Assembly: GCA_963422365.1 (NCBI GenBank)
Contig: OY729426.1
Coordinates: 1,632,001 to 1,696,000 of the forward strand
From: Nitrospirales bacterium
GTDB lineage: Bacteria > Nitrospirota > Nitrospiria > Nitrospirales > UBA8639
Reading direction: 5' to 3'
DNA length: 64,000 bases
This document shows positions 20,601-31,612 of this stretch, in pieces. Under the pieces are notes generated by a model that was not told where the DNA came from, made no database searches, and saw nothing but the letters and a program-made list of their open reading frames with translations. Position numbers and translations under genes: made by a program. How positions within the stretch are numbered: the stretch's first letter is position 1; the number at the start of each line of letters is the position of its first letter.

Positions 20601-22792
20601 CTCCGACGTCGGCCTGCGTCAGGGTGTACGTCACTTGGGTGGCGCTGCTGATGTCAGACCCATCGCGCGTCCATTGGTAGGTGAAGGCCAGACTGCTGGG
20701 GCCGTCCGGATCGGAGATCGTGCTGGTATCCGCGGTCAGTGTCTGGCCCTGGGTCACCGTGCCGGTGATGGTAACGGCCCCGGTCGGCGAGTCGTTTATG
20801 TTCGCTACGTTAGACGTCGCATCAGAGATGAGGGTCTCCACAGTGCTGCCAGCATCGGTCCAGCTTACGGTGACGGTGATGGCTGCCCCGACGTCGGCTT
20901 GCGTCAGCACGTAGGTGCGGCCGGTGGCGCTGCTGATGTCCGCCGCGCCGCGTTTCCATTGGTAGGTGAAGGTCAGACTGCTGGGGCCGTCGGGGTCGAC
21001 TATCGTGCTGGTATCCGCGGTCAGTGTCTGGCCCTGGATCACCGTGCCGGTGATGGTAACGGCCCCGGTCGGCGAGTCGTTTACGTTCGCTACGTTAGAC
21101 GTCGCATCAGAGATGAGGGTCTCCACAGTGCTGCCAGCATCGGTCCAGCTTACGGTGACGGTGATGGCCGACCCGACGTCGGCCTGCGTCAGCACGTAGG
21201 TGCGGCCGGTGGCGCTGCTGATGGCCGCCGCGCCGCGTTTCCATTGGTAGGTGAAGGTCAGACTGCTGGGGCCGTCGGGGTCGACTATCATGCTGGTCAC
21301 TGCGGTCAGTGTCTGGCCCTGGGTGGCGGTGCCGCTGATGGTGACGGTGCCGGTCGGCGGATCGTTAGCGTTGGTTACACTCGCTGTCGCAACAGAGGTG
21401 AGAGACTCTGATGCCCCATGAGCATCGGTCCAACTCACGGTGACGGTGATCTTGGCCCCGACGTCGGCTTGCGTCAGGGTGTAGGTGCTACTGGTGGCGC
21501 TGCTGATGGCCGCCGCGCCGCGTTTCCATTGGTAGGTGAAGGTTAGATTGCTGGGGCCGTCGGGGTCGGAGATCGTGCTGGTATCCGCGGTCAGTGTCTG
21601 GCCCTGGGTCACCGTGCCGGTGATGGTAACGGCCCCGGTCGGCGGGTCATTAGCGTTGGTTACACTCGCTGTCGCAGTCGAGGTGAGGGTCTCCACAGTG
21701 CTGCCAGCATCGGTCCAGCTTACGGTGACGCTGATGGCTGCCCCGACGTCGGCTTGCGTCAGTACGTAGGTGCGGCCGGTGGCGCTGCTGATGGCCGCCG
21801 CGCCGCGTTTCCATTGGTAGGTGAAGGTTAGATTGCTCGGGCCGTCGGGGTCGACTATCGTGCTGGTATCCGCGGTAAGCGTCTGACCCTGGGTGGCGGT
21901 GCCGGTGATGGTGACAGCCCCGGTCGGTGAGTCGTTGAGGTTCGCTACGTTAGACGTCGCATCAGAGATGAGGGTCTCCACAGTGCTGCCAGCATCGGTC
22001 CAGCTCACGGTGACGGTGATGGCTGCCCCGACGTCGGCTTGCGTCAGAACGTAGGTGCGGCCGGTGGCGCTGCTGATGGCCGCCGCGCCGCGTTTCCATT
22101 GGTAGGTGAAGGTTAGATTGCTGGGGCCGTCGGGGTCGGAGATCGTGCTGGTATCCGCGGTAAGCGTCTGACCCTGGGTGGCGGTGCCGGTGATGGTGAC
22201 AGCCCCGGTCGGTGAGTCGTTGAGGTTCGCTACGTTAGACGTCGCAGTTGAGGTAAGTGATTCGGCAGTGCCGCCGCCGTCGGTCCAGCTTACGGTGACG
22301 GTGATGGCCGACCCGACGTCGGCTTGCGTCAGCACGTAGGTGCGGCCGGTGGCGCTGCTGATGGCCGCCGCGCCGCGTTTCCATTGGTAGGTGAAGGTTA
22401 GATTGCTCGGGCCGTCGGGGTCGGAGATCGTGCTGGTATCCGCGGTAAGCGTCTGACCCTGGGTGGCGGTGCCGGTGATGGTGACAGCCCCGGTCGGTGA
22501 GTCGTTGAGGTTCGCTACGTTAGACGTCGCAGTTGAGGTAAGTGATTCGGCAGTGCCGCCGCCGTCGGTCCAGCTTACGGTGACGGTGATGGCCGACCCG
22601 ACGTCGGCTTGCGTCAGCACGTAGGTGCGGCCGGTGGCGCTGCTGATGGCCGCCGCGCCGCGTTTCCATTGGTAGGTGAAGGTTAGATTGCTGGGGCCGT
22701 CGGGGTCGACTATCGTGCTGGTGTCTGCGGTCAGTGTCTGGCCCTGGGTGGCGGTGCCGCTGATGGTGACAGCGCCGGTCGGGACGCCGTTA
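17662..22792 (-). repeat. Tandem array of 18 x 285-bp (95-aa) Ig/cadherin-like repeats
   Basis: Anchor GGTAG(G/C)TGAA recurs every 285 bp from 17826 to 22671; NDxPTGAVTITG...DPDG...YQW...TQADVG units; two more units at ~24797-25340. Confidence 0.95.
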
Positions 22793-24795
22793 TCGTCATC
22801 GGTCAGGGTGACGGCGACGCTGGCGATGCTCACTGAGTTGTAGCCGCCGCCAGAGGCTGCATGGGTGATGGTGGTACTTCGTTCCCCATCGCTGCTGTCG
22901 TCCACCCCGGTAACGGTGATGGTCTGTGCCGCATTCCAGGTGCTGGTGGTAAAGGTCAGGGCCGCAGACACGGTGGCCACGCCGGTATTACTGCTGGTGG
23001 GGGTGACGGTGACGGTACCAGTCGGCCGGGTGTTGAGTTTTACGGTGTAGGTGGCGGTGCGCCCGGCGCTGGCTTCGGTGACGGTAACACTGGTTTTGGA
23101 TAAGGTGACACCGGCGGTGTCGTCATCGGTCAGGGTGACACTGACGCTGGGGATGACCACTGCGTTGTAGCCGCCGCCAGCGGCTGCATGGGTGATGGTG
23201 GTACTGCGTTCCCCATCGGTGCTGTCGTCCACGCCGGTGACGGTGATGGTCTGCGCGGCGTTCCAGTTGGTAGTGGTAAAGGTCAGGGCCGCAGATACGG
23301 TGGCCACGTCGGTATTGCCGCTGGTGGGGGTGACGATGACGTTGCCCGAGGGTTGGGCGTCCAGTACCACAGTGTAGGTGTTGGTATTACTGTTGCCACT
23401 GGCTTCGGTGACGGTGACGCTGCTTTTGGATAAGGTGACGCCGGCGTCATCATCGGTGTTGATCACCGATACGTCCACTGGGTCAATGGCGCCGTAGAGA
23501 GAGTCTAAACTGTCGGCCTTGGCCAGTACGATGTTATAGGATTGATCCCCGTCGCCCAGGCTGTCATCCACACCGGTGACGGTGACCGTCTGTGGGGTAT
23601 TCCAGTTGGAATCGGTGAAGACTAAGCTGCTCTTGTCAACCCTACCTTCACTGCTGTCGGAACTGGATACGGCGATTCTGACATTCTCTTTCGGCTTGGT
23701 GTCCAGCACGACCGTGAAGGTGTCAGTGTCGCCGGCTTCGGTGGTGGCAGTGCTGCCATTGGTCTCGGTGACGGTGATACCTGCGGTGTCGTTGTCGTTA
23801 TATAGCACTGCTATAGATCGCCGGTTTTTATGGTCCTGCTGAGAACCGTAGCCACCACCGGACAGAAAATGCCAGACAAAAATGATGCGTTGATCGCCAT
23901 TATCGACTTGGTTATCCACGACGGTGACGGTTACGGTCTGCGGGGTATTCCAGGTGGATGAAGTGAAGGTCAGGGAGGCCGGTGACACGGTGATTTCATT
24001 AGGGAAATTATTATTGACTGATACGTTCACGTCCGCAGGTGGTTGTTCATTCATTTTCACGGTGTAGGTGCCTGTGCTCGACAGTCCTCCGCGTCCTCCT
24101 TCTGCCAGAGACAGACTGGATTCGGAAAGTGTGAAGCTGGTGTCGTCATCGGTCAGGGTGACACTGACGCTGGGGATGACCACTGAGTTGTAGCCGCCCC
24201 CAGAGGCTGCATGGGTGATGGTGGTGGCTCTATCCACAATGCTGCTGTCATCGATACCGGTGACGGTGATGGGCTGTGCCGTATTCCAGTTGGTAGTGGT
24301 AAAGGTCAGGGAGGCCGGGGAGACTCTGGCCACACTGGTATCGCCGCTGGTGGGGGTGACGGTGACGGTGCCCAAGGGTTGGGCGTCCAGTACCACAGTG
24401 TAGGTGGTGCTACGCCCAGCGCTGGCTTCGGTGACGGTGACACTGGTTTTGGATAAGGTGACGCCGGCGGTGTCGTCATCGGTCAGCGTTACCGCTACGT
24501 CGTCGATGCTCACTGAACTGTAGCCACCGCCAGAGATTGCATGGGTGATGGTGGTACTTCTATCAGCATCACTTCTATCATCCACACCGGTGACGGTGAT
24601 GACCTGTGCCGTATTCCAGTTGCTGGTGGTAAAGGTCAGGGCCGTGGACACGGTCGCCACACTGGTATCGCTGCTGGTCGGCGTGACGGTCACCTCGCCA
24701 GTCGGCTGGGTGTCGAGCACTACGGTGTAGGTGACGGTGCGCCCAGTGCTGGCTTCGGTTACCGTGACACTGGTTTTGGATAACGTGACGCCGGC
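22790..24795 (-). repeat. Six ~110-aa Calx-beta/cadherin-like repeats
   Basis: AGVTLSKTSVTVTE...YTVVL..QP...LTFT..NWN..Q.ITVTGVDD...TLTDDD units. Confidence 0.8.
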
Positions 24796-27700
24796 GACCG
24801 AAGTAGCCGCAGAGGTGAGAGTCTCCACGGTGCTGCCAGCATCGGTCCAGCTCACGGTGACGGTGATCTTGGCCCCGATGTCGGCTTGCGTCAGGATGTA
24901 GGTGCGGCCGATGGCGCCGCTGATGTCAGTGCCATCGCGTTTCCATTGGTAGCTGAACGTCAGACTGCTCGGGCCATCCGGGTCGGAGATCGTGCTGGTG
25001 TCTGCGGTCAGTGTCTGGCCCTGGGTGGCGGTGCCGGTGATGGTGACAGCCCCGGTCGGCGGGTCATTCACGTTCGCCACCTTCGCCGTCGCAGTCGAGG
25101 TGAGGGTCTCCGCCGTGCCGCCCCCGTCAGTCCAGCTCACGGTGACAGTGATCTTGGCCCCGATGTCGGCTTGCGTCAGGGTGTAGGTGCGGCCGGTGGC
25201 ACCGCTGATGGCAGTCCCGCCGCGTTTCCATTGGTAGGTGAAGGTCAGACTGTCAGTGCCAGGGACGTCCGGGTCGGAGATGCCGGAAGTGTCCGCGGTC
25301 AGTGTCTGTCCCTGGGTCACCGTCCCGGTAATGGTGAAGATGCTGCTCAGGGTGACGGGCACGAACTCGGACTCCTCTCCTGTAACACTGCCTGCCACCG
25401 CACGGATCTCGAAACCATACCTGACGCCGTTGGTCAGACCCGTTACCACGTATCTGGTGGTGTCCTTTCCACTCCCTGGTATGTCAGTCCAAGGACCCTC
25501 AGTAAAACCACCGCCATCAAACACGAAACGATGCTTTTTGAGCTGATACCCGGTGATGGTGGGATTGTTCGGATTATCCCAGGTCAACGTCACCTGAGAG
25601 TCACCGGCCATCGCCTTGAGTCCGACAGGCGGCGACACAGGCGTCGCACTGACGGGATCGGACGGCGTCCTTGTAACAGCGCCTACCATCGCACGGATAC
25701 GGAAACTATACCTCACGCCGTTGGTCAGACCCCTTACCACGTGGCTGGTGGTGCTTGATCCACTCCCCGATATGTCAGTCCAACTCCCACTCTCGCTACT
25801 GCCAGTCCACTGCTTGATCTGATACCCGGTGATGGAAGCGTCATTCGGATTACTCCAGCTTAACGTCACCTGAGCGTTGCCCGGCGTCGCTGTCACAATA
25901 GGCTTGTCTGCCACAGGCGTCGCGCTGGCGACATCCGACCCCATCCCCGGAACACGACCCGCCATCGCACGAATACGGAAATGATACCTCACGCCGTTGG
26001 TCAGACCCGGCACCGTGTATGTGATCGTGTCCTTCCCACTCCCCAATATGTCAGTCCAACGCCCTCTCTCGCTACTGCCCGTCCACCGCTTGATCTGATA
26101 GCCGGTGATGGAAGCGTCATTCGGATTACTCCAACTCAACCTCACCAGACTGTCGCCCGCCGGCGTCGCTGTAACAGCAGGCTTGTCCGGCTGTACCGCT
26201 GGCGTCTCACTGACGGGATCGGACGGCGTCCCTGAAGCATTGGTACCTGTCACCGCACGGATACGGAAACTATATCTCACGCCGTTGGTCAGACCCCTTA
26301 CCACGTGGCTGGTGGTGCTTGATCCACTCCCCGATATGTCAGTCCAACTCCCACTTTCGCTACTGCCCGTCCACTGCTTGATCTGATACTTGGTGATCGA
26401 AGCGTCATTCGGATTACTCCAGCTTAACGTCACCAGAGCGTTGCCCGGCGTCGCCGTCACGGCAGGCTTGTCCGGCACCGGCATTGCGCTGACGGGATCT
26501 GACTCCACCCCTGGGAAAAGACCCACCATCGCACGGATACGGAAACTATACCTCACGCCGTTGGTCAGGCGCCCCACCACGTGGCTGGTGGTGCTCGATC
26601 CACTCCCCGATATGTCAGTCCACTCCAACTCCCACTCTCGCGACTGCCCGTCCACCGCTTGATCTGATACTTGGTGATGGAATCGTCATTCGGATCACTC
26701 CAACTCAACGTCACCACGCGATCACCCGCACTGGCACTGACGACAGGCTTGTCCAGGAGTACCGCCCTGACGGGATCGGACGGCGTCCCTGCAACATTGG
26801 TACCTGCCACCGCACGAATACGGAAACTGTAACTCTCGCCGTTGGTCAGGCCACTCACCACGTGGCTGGTGGTGCTCGATCCACTCCCCGACATGTCAGT
26901 CCAACTCCCACTCTCGCTACTGCCCGTCCACTGCTTGATCTGATATTTGGTGATGGCAACATCATTCGGATTACTCCAACTCAACGTTACCTGAGCGTCG
27001 CCCGGCATTGGCGTCACGGCAGGCTTGCCCGGCACAGGTGTCGGACTGACGGGAGTGGACGGCGTCCCCGGAACGCTGCAAGTAGAAGTTGTGATTCTCC
27101 CAAAATGACATGTTTCCACCGCACGGATGCGGAAACTGTAACTCACGCCGTTGGTCAGACCCCTCACCACGTGGCTGGTGGTGCTCGATCGACTCCCGGG
27201 AATGTCCTTCCAGCCATTGGCCGGCTCGCGACTGCCCGTCCACTGCTTGATCTGATACCCGGTGATATAGCCTGCGATCCTCGACCAACGTAACGTCACC
27301 TGAGCGTTGCCCGGCGTCGCCGTCACGGCAGGCGCAGCAAGCGGTACCGTAATGATCGTAACGGCAGAGCTGGACTGAGGCCCGGTAGAGGGGCCTGCCA
27401 CCGCACGGATGCGGAATCTATAGATAAGGGTCGTAACAGAGGTGTTGGTCAGACCCCTCACCACGTAGCTGGTGGTGTTCGCATTACTGCCCGGTATGTC
27501 AGTCCACTCCTTCGCACCGCGCTCGGTAGACACTGAATCCCACTGCTTATACTGATACTTGGTGATGGCGGCGTTATTCGGATTATTCCAGATCAACGTC
27601 GCCTGATTGTTCCCTGCTACCGTCCTGAGGCCGGTGGGCTTGCTCGGGCGCGGCGGTGGCGGGGTCGCCGGTGTCGCATTGGCCTCAGACGGTTTCCCTC

Positions 27701-28022
27701 CCTTTTTGCCCACCATCCAACGGATTTGGAAACTATACCTGACGCCGTTGGTCAGACCCCTCACTACGTGTCTGGTGGTGCTGGCATCACTGCCCGGTAT
27801 GTTAGGAAATTTAGGAAATTTAGTCCATGCCCCGTTGACATAAATCCGCTGCCTGATCTGATACCCGGTGATGGCGGCGTTATTCGGATTATTCCAGGTC
27901 AACGTCACCTGACCGTCGCCCGCCACCGCCTTGAGACCGGTGGGCGCGGCTGCCTGAACAACGGTGACCAGCGACAGGAGCAGCGTACCAACCAGGGCAA
28001 GGCTCACCTGCCCCACCGTCAC

Positions 28023-28348
28023 AGAGGGAGCAGCACCCCCCCCTCAATGGCGGGATGGCGCGTCCTTATAGCAAGTAGCTCAGGTATGATGGGGCCCTCC
28101 TCCTGTGACAGGATGCAAATCGAGCCATCGTATCCCATCACGGTCAACGGGTGTCAACCGTCCCTCTTCGTTCTCCCTGAATGCAACACCTCCCTTCCAC
28201 TCACAAGCCGCTATGTGCAAACGGATGGGGCGGCCCCCTCACCCGCCACCGCCCCCCACGGGCTTGCCGCGCCCACGTCCTCTGGCTCCTCGTCGTCGCC
28301 AACAGTCCTCAGATGAAAGCCCGCAGATCTCCAAAAGGGCGTCGCTCT
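28023..28348 (-). promoter_or_regulatory. Conserved 5' leader of adhesin 1 with putative promoter
   Basis: Homologous (inverted) to 34169-34461; TTGACA (28157-28152)-N19-TACGAT (28132-28127). Confidence 0.6.
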
Positions 28349-28589
28349 GTGTGTTGAAAAAATTCTGACCTTACAAACGTCGGCACTTATGCTTAAAATG
28401 AAGTTGACGGAAAAAATGAAGACTGGGGAAAAACAACCTCCGAAACTCTGCCTCTAGCAATGGATTTTGTGGTCAGTCGGGTAGCCTGTCCAAGCTGATG
28501 AACGAGAGGGGAGCGGCGACCACGGGTCTATTTTCATGTAGAACTGGCCGCAACGTTGCGCGGCTTGTCGGCGACGACCGGAGGAGTCG

Positions 28590-29963
28590 ATGAAACGCAT
28601 CTTTGGCCTTGAATGTGAATACGGGCTAATCTTTTCTCCTCATGGCCGAGTGAGGCTGCCCGTTGAAAAGATTTTGGGGTATATTTTCGAAGGGTTGATT
28701 CCCAACCGTTGGCCGTCGAACGCTTTTCTGACGAATGGCGCCCGGGTTTACCAAGACACCGGCTGTCACCCGGAATATTCCACACCGGAATGTGATGATA
28801 TTGTCGAGCTGGTGGTTCATGAGAAAGCGGGCGAGCGCCTGCTCGAATCCTGTGTCCCCACGGCCGAAGCGCGTCTTCGAGAAGAAGGCCTTGCCGGCGA
28901 CATCTACATTTTCAAGAATAATACCGACTCCTGGGGGAACACCTATGGGTGCCATGAAAATTTTCTGATGCGGCGCGACGTGGAGTTTGGGAAGGTGGCC
29001 GAGCACCTCATGCCCTTTTTTGTGACGCGCCAAATTTTTGCCGGATCAGGCAAAGTGCTGAAGGTCTCCGGCAAGCCTCACTATTTTCTCTCTCAGCGAG
29101 CCCAGCATATTCACGAACCCACCTCGGCCTCCACCACGTCGTCCCGAAGCATTATCAACACGCGGGATGAGCCGCATGCGGACGCCGAACGGTATCGACG
29201 GCTTCACATCATTCTGGGGGATTCGAATCTGTCGGAGTTTGCCATGTATTTGAAGGCCGGCACGGCGGATCTGGTGCTGTCCATGATCGAAGCCGGGCAC
29301 TTGGTCAAGGGCATTGAATTAGAAGATCCCGTCAAGGCCCTCCGGGACATTTCCCGTGACCCCACGTTGAGACAAAAGGTGAAGCTGGAGGATGGCCGGG
29401 AATGCTCCGCGTTGGATATTCAGCGGCTGTATTGGGAGCAAGCCTCCGAGTTTCTCCTCACGCAACCCTACGATCAGGTGACAGCGGACGTCTTGAAAGA
29501 ATGGGAACGGGTCTTAACGGCCTTGGAGGCTGATCCCATGCAACTGGTGCGAGAGATTGATTGGGTCACCAAACAATGGCTGATCCAAGCGTATCTCGAC
29601 CGAAAAGGGGGCGGGTGGGATGACCCGCGTGTGGCGATGATGGATCTGCAATATCACGACGTGAACCGGAAGCGGGGCCTCTATTATCGGTTAGAGGCGC
29701 AGGAGAAGACGGTGAAGCTGGTGGATGAGCGAGCCGTTACCCGCGCCATGGCCGTGCCGCCCCAGTCGACCCGGGCCAAGGTGCGAGGAGATTTTATTCG
29801 CTTTGCCCGTGCCCACAATCGATCCTACACGGCCGATTGGACCTCTTTGAAATTAAATGGATATTGGGAAGAAACGATTTTGTGTCTGGATCCGTTTTGT
29901 GCGGTCAATCGGCGGGTGGATGACTTGCTGGCTCAAGTGCCGGCGGCGAGCCTGGAGCCATGA
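28590..29963 (+). CDS. pafA: Pup-protein ligase PafA
   Basis: RIFGLECEYG, FLTNGARVYQD..HPEYSTPEC, YGCHENF, NTRDEPHAD, PPQSTRAKVRG; GGAGG RBS. Confidence 0.93.
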   Translation: MKRIFGLECEYGLIFSPHGRVRLPVEKILGYIFEGLIPNRWPSNAFLTNGARVYQDTGCHPEYSTPECDDIVELVVHEKAGERLLESCVPTAEARLREEGLAGDIYIFKNNTDSWGNTYGCHENFLMRRDVEFGKVAEHLMPFFVTRQIFAGSGKVLKVSGKPHYFLSQRAQHIHEPTSASTTSSRSIINTRDEPHADAERYRRLHIILGDSNLSEFAMYLKAGTADLVLSMIEAGHLVKGIELEDPVKALRDISRDPTLRQKVKLEDGRECSALDIQRLYWEQASEFLLTQPYDQVTADVLKEWERVLTALEADPMQLVREIDWVTKQWLIQAYLDRKGGGWDDPRVAMMDLQYHDVNRKRGLYYRLEAQEKTVKLVDERAVTRAMAVPPQSTRAKVRGDFIRFARAHNRSYTADWTSLKLNGYWEETILCLDPFCAVNRRVDDLLAQVPAASLEP

Positions 29964-30886
29964 AAGGGGCTTCTCGTTGGGGCTCAGACCCCCCGATCGT
30001 CACTCGCCGGTGGCTCATGGGGTTGGTGCTGGGGCTGGCGAGCCTGTTCCCGGTCCCTCTCTCTGTCACGGACGGGGCTCAGCCGGCCGGGGAGGCCGAT
30101 GGCCCATTAAGGGGCACACAAGGGGCCGTGGTGGTGGTGCGGGTTCCAATCCAGGACCGGCCGGACCGAGTCACGGGGACATTTCTCAAACGAACGGTGA
30201 CGTTTTTTCCTGTCAAGGAACAGGTCTATGCCGGCCTGTTGGGGCTGGATATGCAAGATCCTCCCGGTCCGCATGAACTCACGCTTGAGGTCGTCTATCC
30301 TCAGCGGACCGACCATCGTCGGCTGTCGGTGCTGGTGAGGAGGAAAGCGTACCCTGAGCAACGGGTGACGTTGCCCCAACACATGGTGGATCTCGATCGG
30401 GACACGCTGGCTCGCGTCAAGGCCGAAGCCCAAGTCCTGCACCACGCCTTTGAGCATGTGGTGCCGTATCCGTTGTGGAAGGGAGAATTTCTTGAGCCGG
30501 TGCAGGGACACGTCTCCGGACGCTTCGGCAGTCGCCGGGTCATCAACGGACACCCCCGACAGCCTCATAGCGGTGAGGACATTGCGGCTCCCGAAGGTAC
30601 GCCCGTGGCGGCAATGAATGAGGGGATTGTGCGGCTGACCTTGAATCACTTTTTTACAGGACACGGGGTCATCGTGGACCATGGGCTTGGCCTGTTCTCC
30701 ATGTATTTTCACTTATCCGGCGTGGTGGTAGAGCAAGACCAAGCCGTGACGAAAGGGCAGGTGATCGGGTATGTCGGTGCAACGGGACGGGCGACCGGGC
30801 CACATCTTCATTGGGGCGTGCGACTGAATGGAGCCCGGGTTGATCCCTACGCGTTGCTGGCGCTGCCCTTTGACACCCTCTTCTAA
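29960..30886 (+). CDS. M23 family metallopeptidase
   Basis: HSGED (HxxxD) and GPHLHW (HxH); N-terminal hydrophobic segment. Confidence 0.88.
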   Translation: MKGASRWGSDPPIVTRRWLMGLVLGLASLFPVPLSVTDGAQPAGEADGPLRGTQGAVVVVRVPIQDRPDRVTGTFLKRTVTFFPVKEQVYAGLLGLDMQDPPGPHELTLEVVYPQRTDHRRLSVLVRRKAYPEQRVTLPQHMVDLDRDTLARVKAEAQVLHHAFEHVVPYPLWKGEFLEPVQGHVSGRFGSRRVINGHPRQPHSGEDIAAPEGTPVAAMNEGIVRLTLNHFFTGHGVIVDHGLGLFSMYFHLSGVVVEQDQAVTKGQVIGYVGATGRATGPHLHWGVRLNGARVDPYALLALPFDTLF

Positions 30887-31029
30887 CCGCAGCGCGTGAT
30901 CCCCCCGCTGGTTCTGCCCAACGGCTGTGTCTGGTGCGGCTCCGGGATTGGGCTGAACAATCGGTACGTTGAGGTGGCCAAGCTCTGGGGCTGACACCGG
31001 GCGGGTCGTGGCCGGGGATTCGTGTCCGG

Positions 31030-31555
31030 CGGCGGCAAGAGGGGGGGGGATGGCCGTGGTCGCCGAAGCCTGTCTTGCGGAATCCGGGCGAGTGATCGGC
31101 GTGCTTCCTAAGTGTATGGCAGAGCAACATTTCGCCCGGCACAACGTCTCCGCTCTTCACGTGGTTGGGTCGATGCATGCGCGTAACGCCCTCATGGCGA
31201 AGGTGGCCGAGGCCTTTATGGGGCTGCCTGGCGGATACGGTACGCCGGCAGCGTGTTGTGAAATGATCACCTGGCCACAGCGTCGGATTCAGCCGAACCC
31301 CTGTGGGCTCTTCAACGTCAAGGGCGTGTTTGAGTCGTTCCTCACCCTTGTTCGATCAGCCGCTCCTTTCCCACTTCTGCCTTCTGCCTTGTTCCTTCTG
31401 CCTTTCGTGTTTGAGTCGTTCCTCACCCTTGTTCGATCAGCCGCTGCGGGAAGGGTGTATCGCCCCGGAGCCTCGTGCGTTGGGCAGCGCAGCCTCTGCT
31501 CCGGAGACACGGCTCGATCTGTTCGAGCCAGCCGTCACGCCGAATCCCGCTTGAG
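31030..31555 (+). pseudogene. Decayed LOG family (TIGR00730-like) gene
   Basis: GMAVVA...GRVIGVLP, SMHARNALM, LPGGYGT but conserved LEE replaced by PAA; no proper start; internal duplication/insertion and frameshift. Confidence 0.75.
31325..31445 (+). repeat. Perfect 40-bp direct repeat flanking a 41-bp pyrimidine-rich CTTCTGC-repeat insert
   Basis: CGTGTTTGAGTCGTTCCTCACCCTTGTTCGATCAGCCGCT at 31325-31364 and 31406-31445. Confidence 0.95.
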
Positions 31556-31612
31556 CCGGGCGGCTTTCTTAAGGAGAAAACAGCCCCGATTGGTTTTAGA
31601 TGGACACTGGGC

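Larger units (their letters stand above)
15526..28022 (-). pseudogene. Giant surface adhesin/autotransporter 1, split by one frameshift (signal peptide, 9 FN3, 20 Ig-like 95-aa repeats, 6 Calx-beta/cadherin-like repeats, PIG-like Ig domain, beta-barrel)
   Basis: ORFs 26565-28022 and 15526-26655 join inside the 5th FN3 repeat; extra CTCCA at 26623-26627 relative to sister repeats; C-terminus has an amphipathic beta-strand pattern. Confidence 0.85.

Noticed and set aside
18131..21411. Long alternative-frame and antisense ORFs (562 aa, 645 aa, many 77-aa ORFs) in the repeat array
   Set aside because: Shadows of the GC-rich 285-bp coding repeat; they recur with the same period and have low-complexity R/H/G composition.
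28345..28370. GTGTTGAAAAA resembling an IS terminal inverted repeat at the cassette edge
   Set aside because: No partner end or transposase remnant found.
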